A DNA stretch of 63,734 nucleotides, filler included, from Thraustochytrium aureum (Eukaryota), in the NCBI GenBank assembly GCA_012862495.1. It is 5 parts of 4 records of this genome, joined end to end, with 100 filler letters (N's around TTAATTAATTAA, not from the genome) between each part and the next. Parts side by side here need not be neighbours in the genome. Positions count along the whole stretch, not along the records: positions 56,984 to 62,409 come from BLSG01000453.1; positions 62,510 to 63,734 come from BLSG01000456.1; 3 more parts are not named here. One strand, given 5' to 3'. Positions 60,058-63,734 of the stretch are shown here, one piece after another. The position numbers were made by a program, and so were the translations under genes. Positions within the stretch are counted from its first letter, which is position 1. Each line of letters starts with the position of its first letter. The notes under the pieces are model-generated. The model saw only the letters and a program-made list of their open reading frames with translations. It made no database searches and was not told the DNA's origin.

Positions 60058-61982
60058 GCAAAAATGGAAACTCGTTGGCCGAGGAAAGAGCAGGCGAAAG
60101 ACTAGCAGAAGAAGCCCGTCTGCTGTGGGCTCAAGGCCAGGTCAGCCCAAGTGTGGAGAATTGCCAAACACTCGGACGCATTGTCTACGGCCCTGGATTT
60201 GCGTTTCGGTCCAAGGAGCAGATTCGTTCAATTGAGCTCGTCGATACTGCGCTGAAGAATGGGCATGGATCTGTACTTTCAGTGCTCCGATGCGGGATGG
60301 GGAAGAGCCTGCTTTTCTTGCTCCCAGCGATGCTCAACCCTCGCAAGTGCACTCTCGTTGTCGCGCCCTTCGTCAGCCTGGCCATGGATCTCGTCAGTCG
60401 TGCCAAGGAGCTCGCAAAGAAGGGTGGCCGTTTCTCGCCCTACTCTCGAGGGTTCAAGGTAAAGCGCTGGTCGGAGCTAGAAAAGGACGAGCCACTCCCG
60501 AGCCTTCTTGTTGCGACCTGTGAGGACTGCTCGGACAGGAACATACAGGTCAGGCTGCTTGGCGCGGTGGCAGAAAAGCGTCTGCTGATGTCTGTCTTTG
60601 ACGAAGCCCACGTCGTGGTCACGCAGGTCTCGTTTCGAGAGCAAATCCGCTCCCTGGCGCTGGTCAGCGCCATGTTGGACACCCCGCAGCTTTTCCTGTC
60701 AGGGACTGTCACGGCGCCAGTCGAGCTTGGGCTTCGGGAGCTGCGGCGCGGCGACGAGTTTGTCGTTTGCAGGGGCTCGACAAAGCGGGACGATCTCGTG
60801 TTTGAGCCCATGGAGTTTCGTACCCCGTCGGAGGCACTCTCTGCGATGGTTGGACAAGTGTCGGCGAGTCTGGCGAGAACGGCAGAGTCGGAGTTAGGGG
60901 CGATGCACCTTGTGTTGGTGCCGACGAGGTGCGATGTAGACACGGTGGTCCAGAAACTTTGCGAGCTCGGGCACAGCAAGCAAGTAGTCGGGTTTAGCGG
61001 TGCGATGAGCGTTGATGAAAAGCAGAGTGCCTGGAAGTCAGTCATAAGCGAGGCGCGTGTCCTCGTTGGCACAAGCGCAGTGGCACAAGGCGTCGACCTG
61101 GACGTAGGCAACGTGTGGATTTTTCAAGGCATGCACACTTTGATTGCCCTGGCACAGGGCGTGCAGCGGGCAGGGCGGAGGGAAGCCGGGGCTTGTGCAA
61201 AAATCCGATTTATCTGGTCTCCCAAGTCGCCGGGCTGTGAAGAACTCAAGGAGGTGCGCAAGATGGTCCGAGTTCACGGGCGCAAAACTCTGGAGCAACT
61301 GTGGAAGTACTTGGACACCCCGCCGAGTCCTCAAGCACTGAAGGCTGTGGGAGCCAAGTTTCGTTCGACCGGCTTGTTGCGGCCGCACGAGCGATACGAG
61401 GCCAACCTTAAGCTTGAGCAGAGGGCTTTCAAAGGTCTGCGTGACAAGCTGAAAGAGTGGTCCTCGGGGCGGCCCAAGTGTGCCGTCTGCTTCGTCACGG
61501 GTGACTTGGGGCAGAACAATTGCACTGGGTCGGTCAAGTGCAGAAATGTTGTCAGGCGCTGCCTGCGGTGTCTCGGCATCAGGAAAACCTCTGGGCACAA
61601 CAACGTGATGGACTGTCACGTCCGGTTGAAGGAACTAAGCCCGCCGGGGCTGCGAAGCTGTGGCTCGTGCGTCTTGTACGACCGAATCCCGGAGCTGGTC
61701 ACAGGAGACAGGCTGTGGGAGCATCGAACGGGCTTTGGGCCCCACGGCTGCGATTCGTTCGCCAAGCGTCTGGGTGGTTGTTGGGTTATCATGGCGATGT
61801 GGGCGATTTTCCGTTTCAAAGAAGCTGAGCTTATCGGCCATTTCCCCGAGGTGGAAGCGTTTACCAGGGGTGGCCAGGACGGGGACATTGGTTTCGCTCG
61901 TTGGTTTATGGACGTCCCCATCGGGCGCTCGCTCCCGAACGCTGTCCTCGTTATGAATGCCCTAATCTTCACAAAACCTTGA
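56984..61982 (+). CDS. Telomere-linked-helicase-like protein: long N-terminal helical/recombinase-like region, RecQ-like SF2 helicase, C-terminal Cys/His cluster (5' truncated; frameshift near 57575; gap 58763-59739)
   Basis: Helicase motifs FRSKEQ, LRCGMGKSLLFLLPA (I), VVAPFVSL (Ia), FDEAH (II), SFRE, LSGT (III), VGTSAVAQGVD (V), QRAGR (VI). C-terminal CAVC...C...C..CLRC...H...C...CGSC...H...C. Upstream SFVPLRQNRSFEQY..AIVEILL, LVYALRL and CHILMGGSGRSTEV. Confidence 0.8.
59740..60060 (+). repeat. AGC/AGT-rich low-complexity tracts encoding poly-Ser linker
   Basis: (AGC)n with ACC/AGT interruptions at 59740-59810 and 59945-60060, flanking a Lys-rich segment. Confidence 0.85.
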
Positions 61983-62409
61983 GCTTTCCCGTTGGAAATC
62001 TTTGTTCGTTGAGGATGATCGGGCTGTGTTGTCTGACTGGCGTGAGGCGGCGGGAATGGAGGCGGCGGGCGGAAGGCTGCCTTCGGCCACCCCTCTCGCT
62101 CAGCTTTGTAGCGGGCCTCCGGAGGGGAGACCGGCTGGCCGTCATAGTGCCCTCGCACCACCGCACCACCGCGGCCGTCCCACAACGCTCTGAGGCTCTG
62201 AGCGGCCCTGGCGGCGGGCGGGTTGCCAAGACGCCATTCCGGAAAACCAAGCAGGGCGGCGCGGACGCAGCCGCACAGGCCCACTGGCGGGGAGGGTGGG
62301 AGCGGGAGGCACGCTGGGCAGGCTGTGCCGTGATCGACTGTCAGCGAGGACGGCAAGGAAGGGCGCGACGGGCCATTTTGAAAAATCAAATCGTGCTGTC
62401 AGCCGCTCT

Positions 62410-62509
62410 NNNNNNNNNNNNNNNNNNNNNNNNNNNNNNNNNNNNNNNNNNNNTTAATTAATTAANNNNNNNNNNNNNNNNNNNNNNNNNNNNNNNNNNN
62501 NNNNNNNNN
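62410..62509. other. Artificial scaffold linker
   Basis: TTAATTAATTAA at 62454-62465 within Ns. Confidence 0.95.
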
Positions 62510-63558
62510 AAAGGAGAGGTTGCCAGATGCACCGAGCGTAAGCTGCACACTGTCCGCCAACACCTCGTATGGCGAGGTAAAGTTGATGAGGCGCTGCAAC
62601 ACGGTCTCCGACAGCCCCCAGAAAGGCGTTCCCGTGTCAAAGATGGCGGCGGACCTCGCGCAGCTGTCCCAGGGCGGCCACGCCATCGGCTTGTTCGCGA
62701 TGAAGAGATCGGTGAAGTTGGCGGTCCACGACGAGGTGAGACATCGCGAGGCGATCGGCGCCTCGAGGGCGCTCGCGCCCGCCGCGATCACGGGCTCCAT
62801 GGCTGCGGCGCCCAGAAGGAGCGTCGCAGCGCCAGACTCGAACGAGCCAGACGGCCACGAAATGCCGACCTGGTCGACGCTGCCCAGCGGCGCATCCACG
62901 GCTTCCGTCGTGTTGCAGACGGAAAGGTAGCTTTGCCCAGGCAGGTTTCGTGCGATGCCAAAGATTCCGGCACCGAGGGCCAGCGGCGGCTCCGACTTGC
63001 AGAACCGGGTCGACTGTCGATCAGCATAAACGTGACGTTCTCGACCTTGATCTCGCCGCCGCCTTGCGCTTCAAAAAATAGCGCATCCGCGTGGTACAGG
63101 GGGCCGCTACTTTCCCAGCCGCACCCCCGCTTGCCCAGCGCGCGAACGCCCTTCGCCTCCTCGACGTCCACCATCCCGGGGCAGAGCAACAGCCCAGAGC
63201 TTCCGGAATCCACAAACACGCCTCGGGCCTCGGCGGCGCCAGAGCGCGGGAACAGCCTCGCCTGCAGCGACGGAAACGTCCCTTGCTGCCCCGTCTCCTC
63301 GTACACGATCTGCTGCGGATGATACGCGTCCATCACGATGCCGGGCGTTGCCGTCGCCATGTCGAGCTCGCCATGTTTGGCGACACGGAGGCCCACGGCG
63401 CCGCTCGTCGCGCACGCGGACAGGACGCAGCGAGTTGAACGCACCGACGCATCGCGTCCAAGCTGCGCGAGCTCGAGCTCGAGCAGCAGCAGCGGCAGCC
63501 GGACGTCCAGGCGGGGCAACAGGGCAGCTCGGCCAGCCCGTCCGCCCACGCGGCGCAC
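62510..63558 (-). CDS. Pepsin-like (A1) aspartic protease; start uncertain, frameshift near 62990, 3' truncated
   Basis: First-lobe VFVDSGSSGLLL; after the shift GIFGIA (hydrophobic-Gly motif), TLLLG, and second-lobe AAIFDTGTPF. Confidence 0.7.
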
Positions 63559-63734
63559 AACACCGCTCGGACGCGAGTCGAGGAGCTCCAGGCGCCTGAA
63601 ATGCCTGCAGGCCTCGCTGGCCAGCGCGCGGGGACGCTCGCCGAGGAGCTCCGCCAGCGCGACGAGTCCTGCGAGTTGGACTGGGTCGCGCGGACCGGGA
63701 CGCGACCGGGAACAGAGCGAAGCGCGTGAACGGA

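Noticed and set aside
61983..62409. Telomeric repeats or terminal inverted repeats flanking the helicase gene
   Set aside because: None visible. The 3' flank is GC-rich with short G-runs only and the 5' end is truncated, so element ends and telomere linkage are unproven.
18592..62465. Four identical TTAATTAATTAA motifs (18592, 49446, 56928, 62454) as biological repeats or TTAA target sites
   Set aside because: Each is centred in a 100-nt N spacer and encodes stops in all six frames: artificial linkers. Gene adjacency across them (e.g. AP-4 sigma next to the helicase) has no meaning.
12990..63000. Frequent frameshifts suggesting programmed frameshifting or mass pseudogenisation
   Set aside because: They hit conserved genes (BUD13, AP-4 sigma, kinase), often sit in homopolymers (A-run near 35783, C-runs near 24504 and 36724, G-run near 18662), and come without in-frame stops. 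Sequencing indels are the simpler explanation; read realignment would confirm.

Overview
High-GC, intron-poor eukaryotic DNA. The domain repertoire suggests a stramenopile protist such as a thraustochytrid/labyrinthulomycete (inference only). The window is not one locus: five scaffolds (about 1-18547, 18648-49401, 49502-56883, 56984-62409, 62510-63734) are joined by artificial N-TTAATTAATTAA-N linkers, with many internal N gaps and frequent single-base frameshifts that look like sequencing indels. Recognisable genes: a Fluc/FEX-like fluoride exporter, intron-containing tRNA-Gly(CCC), a head-to-head pair of IQ-WW repeat genes (one ending in SAM+FKBP, one with a B-box-like finger), RING-H2 ligase, CaMK fragment, UCH-L3-like deubiquitinase, a ~2100-aa vWA/Ig-repeat/TM/Tudor-repeat/PDZ receptor, severin/gelsolin, L7Ae/Rpp38-like protein, BUD13, an ADF-H/Ubl/TKL kinase, a SYLF-WW-villin headpiece protein, a multi-SET protein, a secreted IPT protein, Nup88-like nucleoporin, AP-4 sigma and a pepsin-like protease. 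Two things stand out. (1) Scaffold 56984-62409 is almost entirely one >1600-codon gene resembling fungal telomere-linked RecQ helicases, with a tyrosine-recombinase-like GxxRxxE motif upstream of the helicase: a candidate recombinase-helicase mobile element. (2) The receptor's vWA plus first Ig unit closely follows the animal anthrax toxin receptor (ANTXR) ectodomain but is attached to a Tudor/PDZ tail. All family assignments are by motif recognition, not database search.
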